Below are positions 26,463 to 38,500 of a DNA stretch of 64,000 bases, piece by piece. Both the position numbers and the translations under genes were made by a program. The DNA is from Antedon mediterranea (taxonomy: Eukaryota; Animalia; Echinodermata): NCBI RefSeq assembly GCF_964355755.1, contig NC_092674.1, forward strand, positions 12,648,001-12,712,000, given 5' to 3'. Position 1 is the stretch's first letter. The number at the start of each line of letters is the position of its first letter. The notes beneath the pieces were generated by a model. It was not told the origin of the DNA and did no database searches. It saw nothing but the letters and a program-made list of their open reading frames with translations.

Positions 26463-27899
26463 TAACTAGGAGATAGTAAACTGATGATAATAACCATACC
26501 ATTTCAAAACAAGTTTGTTGCTTGAAACTCGGTCACTTTCAGTAAAACACCAAAACAATTAGGGTATACATACAATAATAAAATTAAAGACTTCATATTG
26601 AAAATGACTCCATTATTTTTTATTCAGATAACAAACAAACATGTCAATCCACAAAAACCTTTGTAATGCTTCGGCGGCATAGCTAGCGCGCGACCGATAC
26701 ACAATGCGCCAAGCCATCGCTCTACGCGCTACTGTGATGCGCGGTGTTTGTTATTTCGACAGGTACCATTTTGACAGTCGTTCGTAACCAGATTAGTTAC
26801 TTTCAAATTGTAAAATATTGACGGTCCAGACCGAATATAGTGTTCATATTTATAGTATATACCAATAATTAACCTATCTACCGGATTTCGTAAAAAAACG
26901 CGAAAAACGAAGATCTTCGTTTTTGGCAGTCAAGCGTTGTGTTTCCAAAAACGAAGATCTTCGTGTTTGGCAGTCAAAGTGTTAATGCAATTAAAGCGTA
27001 ATTAATTCGTCATATTCCATTTGGAATACTACGTCCTGTAAAATGAATGTAGAATGTTCAGATTTGTTAATTTAAAATTATATTATATACAGAATTGTAT
27101 ATTATTTCAAATGTTCGGGTGGCTTCCATGCATGCGGCTTTTAGCCTTAATGGAAGTCCTTTTGTATATATTTTGCTTTGTATTTTTTTTTTTATGGATG
27201 AAATAAACTGACTTGTGTGACTGGTATCTCGCCGCCTTTCCACGTATCATTTTATCGCATTCCATCATATTACTATTGAAACCGAATTTAAACATTTTAA
27301 CAAGCTTTTTGTGATGGTTACAAAATGCTAAGATACATTAAAAGAACGCTCATCGCCAGATCTATGTATAGTAATCAGAAATATTCAAACAAAAATGATG
27401 TTGTTGTGATGTCGGTGGTGGGTGTTAGTAGGTGTGGCGGCGTTCATTCGGGGAGGCATTTGTTTGTTTGTAGATTCCCCTAGATATGAACAAGTACAAC
27501 ACCGTATTTGATATTATCAAGAAGTGATAACAGCTAAAAGTTGTATGAAAATGCTTGGTAAATAAATATGATATAGCAGTCAATGAATTATTCAACAAGT
27601 ATAATTGTGTTTGTTTATAATACAATATTGTGTGTATAAATGTACGGCGGGCCGTTTATTAGAGGGTGGAGGCTTGATATTTCAAAGATGTTTTTTTGGG
27701 GAGGGGGCGTTTATTCAAATAAATGCGGTAGGCTTAATTGGTATAATCAATACATTATTTAGTTCAAATCAAACACCAAATAATGAAAATCATCAGTGAA
27801 CTGTTTCGGCATAAGGAAAACGTTCTAAACGGCTTGCAACATTGGTTAAACCACTCCGTGTCTCAATGGCGATACAGTACATGCAGAGTATCAGAACGT

Positions 27900-28730
27900 A
27901 CCAGTTCCAGAAACGGATGAAATACGAATTTAATTAAGTATTAAAGCAAACATAACAACGGACGATGATTAATTGATAGTTGTCCCACTACACAAATACA
28001 AGGACCGGGAAAATCCAGCAAACTATCGCCCAATTACTCTATTATCCATTTTTGTTAAAATATTTGAAAGAGATTGGGTAGAATAAGAGAATGGGTAGAA
28101 ATGAAACAAATTATATCAGAGGAACAGGCGGGCTTTAGGAATAAGTATAGTACGATTGATAATGCTTTTATACTTCAAACTATAATCAATAAAGCATTAC
28201 AAAAAAAAGAAGAAAACGCTATAGTGTGTTTGTAGATTTTAAACAGGCTTTTGATCGTGCGGATAGATCAATTTTAATAATTTAAATAAGTTAAACCTTC
28301 TTGTAAACTTAATTGAACTCTTGATATCTATGTACACGAACACTGAAATAAAAATGAAAACGCTGCATGGTTTAACAGATGCAATATAATGTAGTATAGG
28401 ATTAAAGCAAGGATGTCTCCTCTCTCCACTTCTTTTCACTCTTTTTATATGATTTTAAAGACATTTTAAAGACGAAAAATAAACACTACTGTTTAATAGA
28501 TAACAATGTAATTTCACACTTATTATTTGCAGATGATCTAGTTTTGTTTTCCTATTCTAAAGTTGGTCAACAAAAGCAAATAAATTGTCTTGTAAAATAT
28601 TGCTATGCAATGCAATGTAAATAAGTTAGAAATAAATAAGTTAAAAACTAAAGCGTATGGTGTTCCGAAATGGTGGGGATGAAAAATGGTACATAAATGA
28701 TGTCAATATAGAAATAGTATAACTATAATA
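27900..28730 (+). mobile_element. Degenerate RTE-group LINE RT fragment
   Basis: Hand translation gives ANYRPITLLS, SEEQAGFR, FVDFKQAFD, GLKQGCLLSPLLF and LLFADDLVL, with stops and frameshifts. Confidence 0.8.
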
Positions 28731-28744
28731 TATATATATATAAC

Positions 28745-29220
28745 TCAAATAAATTACAGAGAATAATAAAAATGGCTAAGAAGGTAATAGGTGCAAACGT
28801 CCCATCTATCCATGATATATGCGATAAGGTTATGGAGAAAAAACTAAAATGTATAATTAACGACCAGTCTCATCCTCTTTTTAACTTTATAAATTTCAGT
28901 AGATCCGGAAGGATGATTCCTTCAATTAAGAAGACTGAGCGTCATAATAAATCATTTCTTCCGTGTGCAATCAGGCAGTACAACAAGCAATTTAAAAGAT
29001 AACTTGAGACGTTTTATATTTTATTCTTTATATAGTATTTTAATATTTATACTGTTCATAATGTTTTATACATAGCATAATTTCTTATATATTATCTTAT
29101 CCATTGTATAGTATTGTATGTTTTTAACTGTTGTTATTTTTATTGTAATTTGAACCTTGGAAGGCAAATTTCATTTACTGTGTATTTGACAATAAATTTT
29201 AACTTGAACTTGAACTTGAA
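28745..29220 (+). mobile_element. 3' end of a Rex1/L2-like LINE
   Basis: ORF 28772-29002 (SHPLF...TERHNKSFLPCAIR) resembles the C-terminus at 4781-4996; AATAAA and (AACTTG)n tail. Confidence 0.8.
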
Positions 29221-29512
29221 CATGTCATTTTCGTTTTTCATTTTTGTTGCGTTGTTCCGCCAGTCACGCATGCCATCCGGACCGACCTCGCCGACTTGCA
29301 ATGTGTTTTGAAAATATCAAATGGGTGTTTTCCGATTTTTTTAAACATGTAATTCGCTTGGATCGTCGGCTTTTGTACCTGATTTGAAATACCATGTTCT
29401 CTTATATAGAAAATATATTACTATAGGATACTAAAATAAGCTCTTTCACTGTACATAAACAGGCACATCATGTATAATACCACCAAATTACGATTGATAA
29501 TCAATCATATCA

Positions 29513-29720
29513 TAAGGCATTTAATGAAAATGTGGACCGTCTTAAAATTACGTGACATGTTTCTATAAATATATTCTCATGCTAATTATTGACTCATTTA
29601 AACGCAACTTTGTACGTATACAAGTACTCTAGGCTTTGATTACAGTTCTGATGATGAGAATATATTTATCGGAACATGTCAAGTAATTTAAGACGGTCTG
29701 CATTTTAACTAAATGCCTTA
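29513..29720. mobile_element. ~200-bp MITE (mirror copy at 53924-54131)
   Basis: ~65-bp imperfect TIRs TAAGGCATTTA...TAAATGCCTTA. Confidence 0.7.
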
Positions 29721-31042
29721 TATATTCTCACTCATAAACAAACACGTGTCCCCACCCCTTAATGTATTAGGGGAAAACGATTAGGTCTACTAATTTTGTA
29801 GAATATGTTTTATCAAATTAATTTCTAGTAACAAATATATTTAATATTACAGTAAAACTCATTTTCATTGTGGTTTACGCGTCAATATTTGTCCTGTAGT
29901 TAGAGAAGTACCAAAATCTGGATCAAGTTACTTATTAGTGAAAGGACAAAATACGTAGTTTCGAGAGGCGGTATGCTCCCTTTGTAAGAAACGGCAATTC
30001 ATTCGCAACTACTATTTACAAGTCTACCCAATGTCACTTTTATTTAGTTGTTTACTATTCCAATGTCTAGAATAATAAGTAGCACGCTGGAACACCATAT
30101 ACAACAACAAGTTATAAAGGGTCACGATTACCAATTAAAAAAAAATTGAATAATAAAGGAATAGCTCTTGGCCCATGGCACAGAATCAATTCAAAGTGTG
30201 CCAAAAGTTCAAAAATGGTAAATTTGGCAATCCAAACTTTTTAATATTGTTTAGGAAGAAGACATCTTAAATATAAATCGACTAATAATGTTATGTTTGA
30301 TAAATTTTAATAGTGTCTTGTAACCATGGAAACTGGGAAATTTCAATTTAAAAGAGCAAAAACAACAGTTTTGATAAATTCGCTGCTTTTTCTAGAATCA
30401 CCGTGAATCTAAACTATTATAATGGTTTTATTTAAAAAATATGATTTTTTGGGTATTTTTGGCCTGTATTTGGTGACCTTTAACCCCAAAATATAGCAAT
30501 AGTTGACATTTTATTTTTACTTCCTATTATGGTTAATAACAGAAAAAAATGTCATGTAGTATCAAATCCATTGCTTTTTTCCAGAAAATTTGGTTTCCCG
30601 AGTGTTGACCTTGTTAATATTATTACTTCATATGAATATACAACCCCAATATTGATAAACTACAGTAAGTAATGTTGAATCAATACATTAACGTGCTTGC
30701 AAAATTATTTTAGTAAAGAATATAATATGAGCAATAATATGGCGCTCATGAACCGGCGTGTACTCTTAATACTTTACGTGATAGAAGGTAAGGGTTATGT
30801 GATGGAAATGTAAGTACATCAACCTGAAGAAATAACTATCATTGATAACTTACTTGTTTGTAATGATGAATAAGCGTTTTCCTTGTTTGTATCTACAACA
30901 GGCAATTGATTTTATTGAAAACAGGTTTCAGAAGAGATGGAAAGATTATAGTAGACATATTTAAAAGAACTAAAGAACTGATCACAGAAACCATGGCATT
31001 TCAATTGGTATTTGTGTTGAGATAATTGAATACATACTGTGT

Positions 31043-31561
31043 GTTTATTTATTTATTTATTTATTTATTCAATTTCTGCCATATACATAACAAAGAAGAT
31101 AAAAACATTATAAAAGGAGGCACGGAAAGACCTAACAGGTGCTAAACACCTATGCTAGTTGGTCAACCCAGAACAGAAAAATATAAGAAAAATAAAAAAA
31201 ATACGTTCTACAATTAAAGCATCTACAAGAAAGCGACCAACTACACACATTTTCAATATCAAAATTATTTAAAAAATAAATATTGAGATAATTAAGTAAC
31301 TTGGTTTTACAGAAATATTGAAGTTGCGGATTTCACTGGGTAAGTTATTCCAAATTCTGGTAACACGTGGGATATATGATTAAAAAGAAGATTCAGTTCT
31401 GCAGCCACGAATATCAAAAAGAGTACCAACAGAAGAAAAGCTACGAGTAACACGTTGTGAATTACGAATATTAAATAAATTGTCAGTTTTAATTATTACT
31501 TATATTAGAATTGAAAATCTTAAAAAGAAAAACGATATCAGTAAAGTGACGCCTATAACAT
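31043..31561 (-). mobile_element. 3' fragment of a CR1-like LINE (mirror copy at ~52090-52607, +)
   Basis: Translates to RRHFTDIVFLFKI...CRTESSF*SYIPRVTRIWNNLP; 3' stem-loop and (AAAT)n tail. Confidence 0.75.
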
Positions 31562-32035
31562 AATGATTATATAGATTATATACTTTCTCCGATAACACAG
31601 CAGCACTACAGTATATTTCAGAAACTTATAATCTCTACAACTTTGTTTCCTATGAAACTCAACTGTATTCTCGTGACATGACAATTGTAAACACATCAAG
31701 TGTTGTTTATATACACATGATATCAAAGATTTATAGTGAAATGATATTGTATCTGTAAGTTTTCATGTCAAATTCTCTGTACATGTGCGACTTAGTTTTA
31801 TTAAACTGATTACTGACAGTTGGTGGCCGTTTAAATCAATTAATGTTAATAATTCAGCCGACTAAAAAGAACCGATTGTCATTCGTATGTGATCAACTGT
31901 TGCTGATTTCGTAATCGTGTCATCATAGTGAAAAGTAACATATCTGTTTGAAATTTAGGCTTTACTGAATAAACGGAACAGAATAGAATATTAACCTTTA
32001 CTTATTGGTTATTCGCACTTAATATTGTATGACAC

Positions 32036-33580
32036 TTGGGTGTTAATATTTCTTGCAATTGTAATGATATTTTCAGACTCAATTTTCCAGATAAGGCTAA
32101 AAATGCTGAACAAGTATTAAATATGTGGAAACAACGCTCACTTACTTTGTTTGGAAAAGCAACTATTATTAAGTCACTGTTTCTCCCAATATTCACGTAT
32201 GTTTTCTCAAATTTACCAGACCCACCCGATTGTTTCCTTCAAGATATTCAAAGTAAAATTTTTAAATTTATATGGAACGGAAAACCCGATAAAGTCAAAA
32301 GAAAAGTCATGCTTAACAATTTTGACGAAGGAGGGTTAAAAATTTCCCATATTAAGAGTTACTGTACATCTCTCAAATCATGTTGGGTGAAAAGATATCT
32401 TGATGGAAATCAATCCAAGTGGAAAGTGTTTTTAAAAAGTAAGATTAAAGAGGTTGGAGGAAATATTGTTTTCGAAACCAACTTTTCTAAATCTTCAAAA
32501 ATATTAAAACAATTTGAAAGGTTCCATAAAGATATACTCTCTGCGTGGAGTGAATACAATTTTGTAGAACCGTATACGATAGAGGACATCTTAAATCAAT
32601 CTTTATGGAACAACTCATGTTTTGATAAAAGAGAATTTAAAGTTGAAAAAAGTGGTTGGTTAAAAATGTAAACTATGTAAAAGATATCGTGAACAAAGAA
32701 GGGAAAATATTAGAACTAGACGAATTTAACCAAAAATATAATTTTAAACCAGACTTCTTATTATATCACCAGATTGTAAATTCAATTCCAAAGCTCTGGA
32801 AACAGAAATTAATTGAACAAGGTATAAACACAACTAATGAAGTTGAATCCAAATTACAGACATTCATTTCTGTGAAAACGAGAAATTGTCATTATATCTA
32901 TAAACACATTATATTAAAAAATGTTGAAGAGCCAATTGGAATTGAATCCAAATGGGAAAAGGAGTTTGACAACAAACTTAATTGGAAAAACCTTTTCTCA
33001 AATTTACACGCCTGTACAAATGACACTAAGCTAAAAAATGTTCAATTTAAATTTATTCATCGTATAATTTATACAAATACAATGCTCTTTAAGATGTCAA
33101 AGGTCGATTCACCAATGTGTAGTTTCTGCAAGGAAAAGCAGGAAACACTGCCACATATGTTCTTTGAATGTGATCTGGTAAAGAAAATTTGGGAAAATGT
33201 AAAACAATATATGTATCGAAATATCAACAATAACTTAATTATCACCAAAGAAAGTATATGTTTTGGTTTTGGAAAAACACACAGTGATGCAAACATTTTA
33301 ATTTTAATTACCAAGTGGTACATATTTAGTTGCAAAATCAAAAAACAATTACTTAATTATAATCATTTATTTCACATTTACCAAAAATACAAGGCAACCA
33401 TATTATTAGCAAAATGATTATTATTAAGTGTATTTTTGCGATACATTATTTTTTTTTCTTTAATTTCATTACTCTCTTATATTTGAGAGAGTATTATATC
33501 GTTTTAATAGTTACGTTGCCTTTATATATTAATTTTTTATTATGTATGTGATGAAATGAAATAAAAAAAAAAAAAAAAAA
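32036..33580 (+). mobile_element. 5'-truncated L1/Tx1-group LINE (ORF2 C-terminus with zf-RVT)
   Basis: WKQRSLTLFGK, EGGL and CSFCKEKQETLPHMFFEC motifs; one frameshift at ~32650; poly(A); 15-bp TSD AATATTGTATGACAC (32021-32035, 33581-33595). Confidence 0.95.
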
Positions 33581-34884
33581 AATATTGTATGACACAGAAT
33601 AGATCGACACAATTCAGAACACTATAAACATATTTTTTCGCGTCATATAGTACTTTATGTGTATTTCATGTTAGTTGCAGGGTATGCGTTAACGAGGATA
33701 ACTCGAACTCGTCAAGGTGAAGGACAAGCCGAAGGACAAGCCTAAGGCAAGAGGCGTTCGTAGAGTTCTCTATTTTCCGAAGAAACCAACCGTGATAAAT
33801 TGTAATTAATGGGCTTACTTATGACATCTAGGCTAGGCCTAAATATCTTTTCTTCAGTTGCTTAGGCTTGGATTTGCTCCTACAGTATTTGCGAAAAAAA
33901 AATGTGGGCTTGATAAGTTCAAATTTAGTTGTTGTTGTTGTTGACCATACTTAACTAAAGTAGACTATAGACCTGGGCTTTTATAACTACTAAGGTATCA
34001 ACTCCTATTAATTGCCTTATTTTATGAAATTGAAAAGTGGCCGATTACGGGAGGTTCTGTCGATAGAGGGCCAAAATCACGTATTATGGCTATGCACGGT
34101 ATTTTTCGGCTTTCTTTTCACAACGGGCCTCTACATTCATTCTAGTTAATTGTATTGTATTGTTTTGTTAGTATTATGTATGATTTTCAGACAAACCGGT
34201 CGGTCAAAATCAAAAAATGTAGTTATCTTATCTAAAAAAACACAGGAATGTTTTTCACATAAATATTTTAAAACCGCTTCGAAATAAAGCTAATTATTAT
34301 ATAGCCTAAAGCTCAATATAAGTATGAAAATTGAATTTTGATACCGGTCGGTCGGTAAACACTAACTGTATATATACATATTCATTTAGAGATTTTATTT
34401 GCACTCGCGTACAGCTAATTCAAATGTATATTTCAATTAAGATCTTTTTCATTAATAAACTAAGTAGAGTTTTTGCAAAGGTCTTTGTTTTATAATAAAC
34501 AATAATTTCATCATTCATCATTCGCGGTACTATATACGTACCATTTATTTGTATCAACAACAAAATAATAAAGTATTTCTTTCACAAGAATATTTCTATA
34601 AACTTATTTGATACAAAACGGGTATGCAATGAGCCGAAGCTCTTAAACGCATTACCCTATAATACAGATATCTATAGTGGTGTTCCGAACCATGTGAGGG
34701 ACACAACCGTGCAGTTCTCGACAATTTAGTCATCCTCGCCACAAAAATGGTCTGTAATATGACCCGCGATGTGCTTGCTTCATTTAGGTATGTTATTATT
34801 GGCACGCCGTTTAAATTGTAAAATTAAACACTTTTTTAAAAAAGTGTTTTTATAGCACATATTATTTATGTGTTTAACACTTAC

Positions 34885-34940
34885 TTTGTCCTGAAGATCC
34901 AATTTAGCACCTTCCTTGAGGAAAAAGGTGATGCCCCATT
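34885..34940 (-). pseudogene. Ankyrin pseudo-exon with a 43-nt internal deletion (56 nt, frameshifting)
   Basis: NGASP...LKEGAKLDLQDK between an AG acceptor and a GTAAGT donor; flanks homologous to those of the other exons. Confidence 0.85.
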
Positions 34941-35508
34941 CTGATATATTACAAACATTATGTTTTAGTATTTTCTCTCTCTAAACAAAGTATTATAATA
35001 TTGTCCTGGAATCAATACGATGTTATCAATTAAACGTTATAGATTTAAATAATGCTAAATAGTTAAATTAAATAAAGAGTAATCTAACCCTTTTCTTTAA
35101 GATAATGTATTGTATATATATACATTTTTTGTCTTTCTTGTAGGCCTATAACATCCTCAGTAAAGTCTCTTATAAAAATGAATCAAATTGAGATTTGCTT
35201 AATTACAACTACTGTAAGTGAAGCATAACTAAAAATACGTTCCAGCTAATTCTTACATAGTGAATAATGAGAATATTTTTAATGATAGATTTATAAAAAA
35301 AATACTTAGGCCTATGGGAGGGTTAACTACAAAAGATTTGAGTTTACGCAAAGGTAAAGTCTATTTGATACTCTCAGTAATGAGGTCGTGCGTAAGATTA
35401 CTACGGTAGTGATTTATTTGCAATCTCAACTTCAGATTGGGTACCGTACCGTATTTCATGATTTAGGTGATTTTCCTTTTTTCGTGGGTTACTTTGGGTT
35501 GAATATAC

Positions 35509-38500
35509 CAATAGGTGGGGTGAATTTTGTCCAAGATGGGGAAATTTCTGTCCAGAATGGGGAAATATTTTGTCCAGAATAAGGACAAAAGCGATAGGTG
35601 GCGCTATAATCGTGTCCAAGATGGGGAAGCTGTCCAATATAGAGAAATCCGATTTGTCCAAAATGGGGAAATTTCTGTCCAAGATGGGGAAGTGGTGGCG
35701 CTATATCGTGTCCAAAATGGGGAAATTTCTGTCCAGGATGGGGAAGTGGTGGCGCTATATCGTGTCCAAAATGGGGAAATTTCTGTCCAGGATGGGGAAA
35801 TGCTGTGTCAAAAATAGGAAAGCTGTCCAATATAGAGAAATCCGATTTGTCCAGAATGGGGAAATTTCTGTCCAGAATGGGGAAGTGCTGTGTTCAAGAT
35901 GGGGAAGCTGTCCAATATAGAGAAAGACGATTTGTCCAAAATGGAGAAATTTCTGTCCAGAATGGGGAAGTGCTGTGTCCAAAATATGGAAGCTCCACAA
36001 TATAGAGAAGGCAAAACATTAAAACAACATAAGAAACTTTTTTTTGTTTTAAAACTTTAATTAAGTTCACACTTCTAATCTGAAAACACTACAAAATGTA
36101 CATAATAATAACAGTACTATGTTACACTTTACAAGTACATTTGAAGTGGAAAGGTGTTCTATTAATTAAATAATTAACACCGTTATCAGCTAATTTTAAG
36201 TATAATAAACATAGTGAGGGATGTGGTTCCAATTTACTTCTGAAGTAAATTTTCACTGAATCTATACATTTATCTGACGTTAAAAACTACAGTATATTAT
36301 ATTAAATTCCAAGCATAAAAACCACAAAAAAAATTAGTACCGGCACCGCCATTATTATACCACATCAGTAAGAGTACAGAATATTAATATATTTAATACA
36401 TGTTGTCACTTCTTTTCCTTCTTTCTATCCTTTTTATTTTTTCTTTATTTGTTTTTTGTTTGTTTTTTTTTTCGACCACAGGCCGCGGGTATTAATCTAT
36501 CGTCACATGCAGTAATTCCACATGGAATTTCGACCACATGATGGAATCCTTGAGTTATTATAGTAACTCAATGGTTTATCAAACGTACACGCTGAATCAT
36601 TAATTTCCAGCTATAAACAAAGTGATATCATTGACAAATCGTGCAATATTTGGCCTAATTTTAACTAATTAACTAATTCTCACTTTACAATAGTATACGA
36701 GTGTTTGCATATTTGTAACATAGTATTAATTAGTGCTTTAAATGCGTTATTTCCTACTCCAAATAGGCATAGTTTAGGGCTAATAATTATGTTGATATTA
36801 AAATATGATTAACAGCCAGTGCTTCGCATTTTCTGTAAGGTTTATGCTCAATTAGATTTGTTTTTTTGGTTAAATTTCTCTCAAAATCTTTGTGTCTATA
36901 CAAATGTTATTAGTGAGCAACTATTCTGTCAATGTGTATTCCTTTAAATTTACCAGGGAGTGAATTGCTGTGCTGATTTATTATGGCTACTGATGTTCTT
37001 CTCATTTTCTTGAAAACTTTCCCATTCTGCCGATCATCTCTAATTCCATCAAGAAAAATTTTCATATGGATCATTTCATGAGCCATAGTATTAAGCAATT
37101 CACTCGTCGAATCTGCAGCATTTTTACTATTAATATTTATTATTGATGAGGAACCAATTTTATTCTTATGCAATAATTGAAGTGTTTCTCCGTAAACATT
37201 ACCTAAAGGTACAAGAAACACATGATCCTCGGCCTAAGGTAACTTTCCTAAGTATACAATAGTGTTTATGTAGTTGTAGAGCGAATGTATGTCCTTAACC
37301 ATCTGTTGGTCTTGCTTGTGGGTCTCTCTTCTTGCTTCGGTTCGTAACCGCTCTTGTTGATCATATATTTTCTTTTTATGAGTACATCTTTCGCACATGG
37401 CATGTGTTATGCATTCCTTATGATAAGGCTTGTGGCATGTAAAGCAGTTGATGACTTGTGGAGTGATGGGTGGGTTGCAGCAGTTTGTCAGAGGTATTGC
37501 GGACATCCTTGATGCAGGGGCATTGTGGCAGTTATCAATTTCTAAATATCCACGCAAAATCTCCCTTCTCAAATGCTTCAACAAGCTTTCGCCTAACAAC
37601 CCTCTTGTCTTCTTCAAATCGTAGTGTTGATGGATCTTTTCCTGCACATAGTGCAGCAGCAAATGAAAATGCTATACAAAAATGGCCATAAGTGTTACTT
37701 GCATAAGGTTGTTGCTGTACACCATGTACGTGAAAATTCATGTTGGGAACGCTGGATTCCATCAACTCAACTTGCATGCCACCTGAGTCAATTCTAACGG
37801 GTAATTTCTTGGATTCAATGTCTGTAAACTATCGTACACATCGACGTTACTATTGGTAAGTTGTTGGTACCAATGCTTGTCTGATATTGTAATCCAGTGC
37901 GAACATATTGTGTAGTCTTGACAAAATTGTGCATTTGCTGTTGATAGATGGTGTCTTGTAATCCACGTGTTTCTGGATAGTTTCTTTTTAGAATTATGTT
38001 GGCGGCATTTATAATCCTATTATCTACCTCATTATGTCTCTCTTCTACAAGCTTTTTATGGTGTAATCATAGTTGGTATTCCTTCAGCCACCAGTCATTG
38101 GGTTCATCAGTCGTTTGTGCTACAACACTTGACTTAAGCGTTGAAATAATCAGTCTTCCAAGACTATCTTTCGTTGTTTTCAGACCAAACGACTTGTTAA
38201 TGTACTTAATGTGGTTTCCATTTAATTTATTATTTCGACGGTGTACTAAGGATTTTACCATAAATAAATGATTTGCTATTGACATTTCATTTAAAAAATG
38301 CTTGAACTTATTTAATTAGGAATAAAATTGTTCTGCAACTTGTGTATTTGTTTTAGACTTCAATTGTGGTACAAAATTAATTTAAAAAAAAATTCAGTTT
38401 CGCTATTTGTGTTAGCCTCATGAAATTGGTCGAAAAGCGCGTTTGTGCTGCTTTGTCCAGCTAGTTACAGGATGCCCGGTCTGCGACGTCGCACGAAGCC

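Larger units (their letters stand above)
24829..26981. mobile_element. Non-autonomous piggyBac-like element
   Basis: TTAA|CACTTTGACTGCCA...TGGCAGTCAAAGTG|TTAA; duplicated subterminal AAAACGAAGATCTTCGT motif; single TTAA at the empty site ~55010. Confidence 0.9.
29219..34507. repeat. Left arm of a ~5.3-kb inverted repeat
   Basis: Reverse complement of 49144-54420 at both ends and at many interior points checked; mirrored ORF pairs in the ORF track. Confidence 0.95.

Noticed and set aside
32036-33417. Two host genes or a programmed frameshift, since the break occurs in both copies
   Set aside because: A 5'-truncated L1/Tx1 ORF2 with poly(A) and TSD; the shared frameshift is explained by duplication of one insertion.
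35388-36014. Overlapping repetitive ORFs (SKMGKFL / PHFGQ), also at 39617-40481
   Set aside because: These are translations of the transposon's subterminal tandem arrays, open in many frames on both strands.
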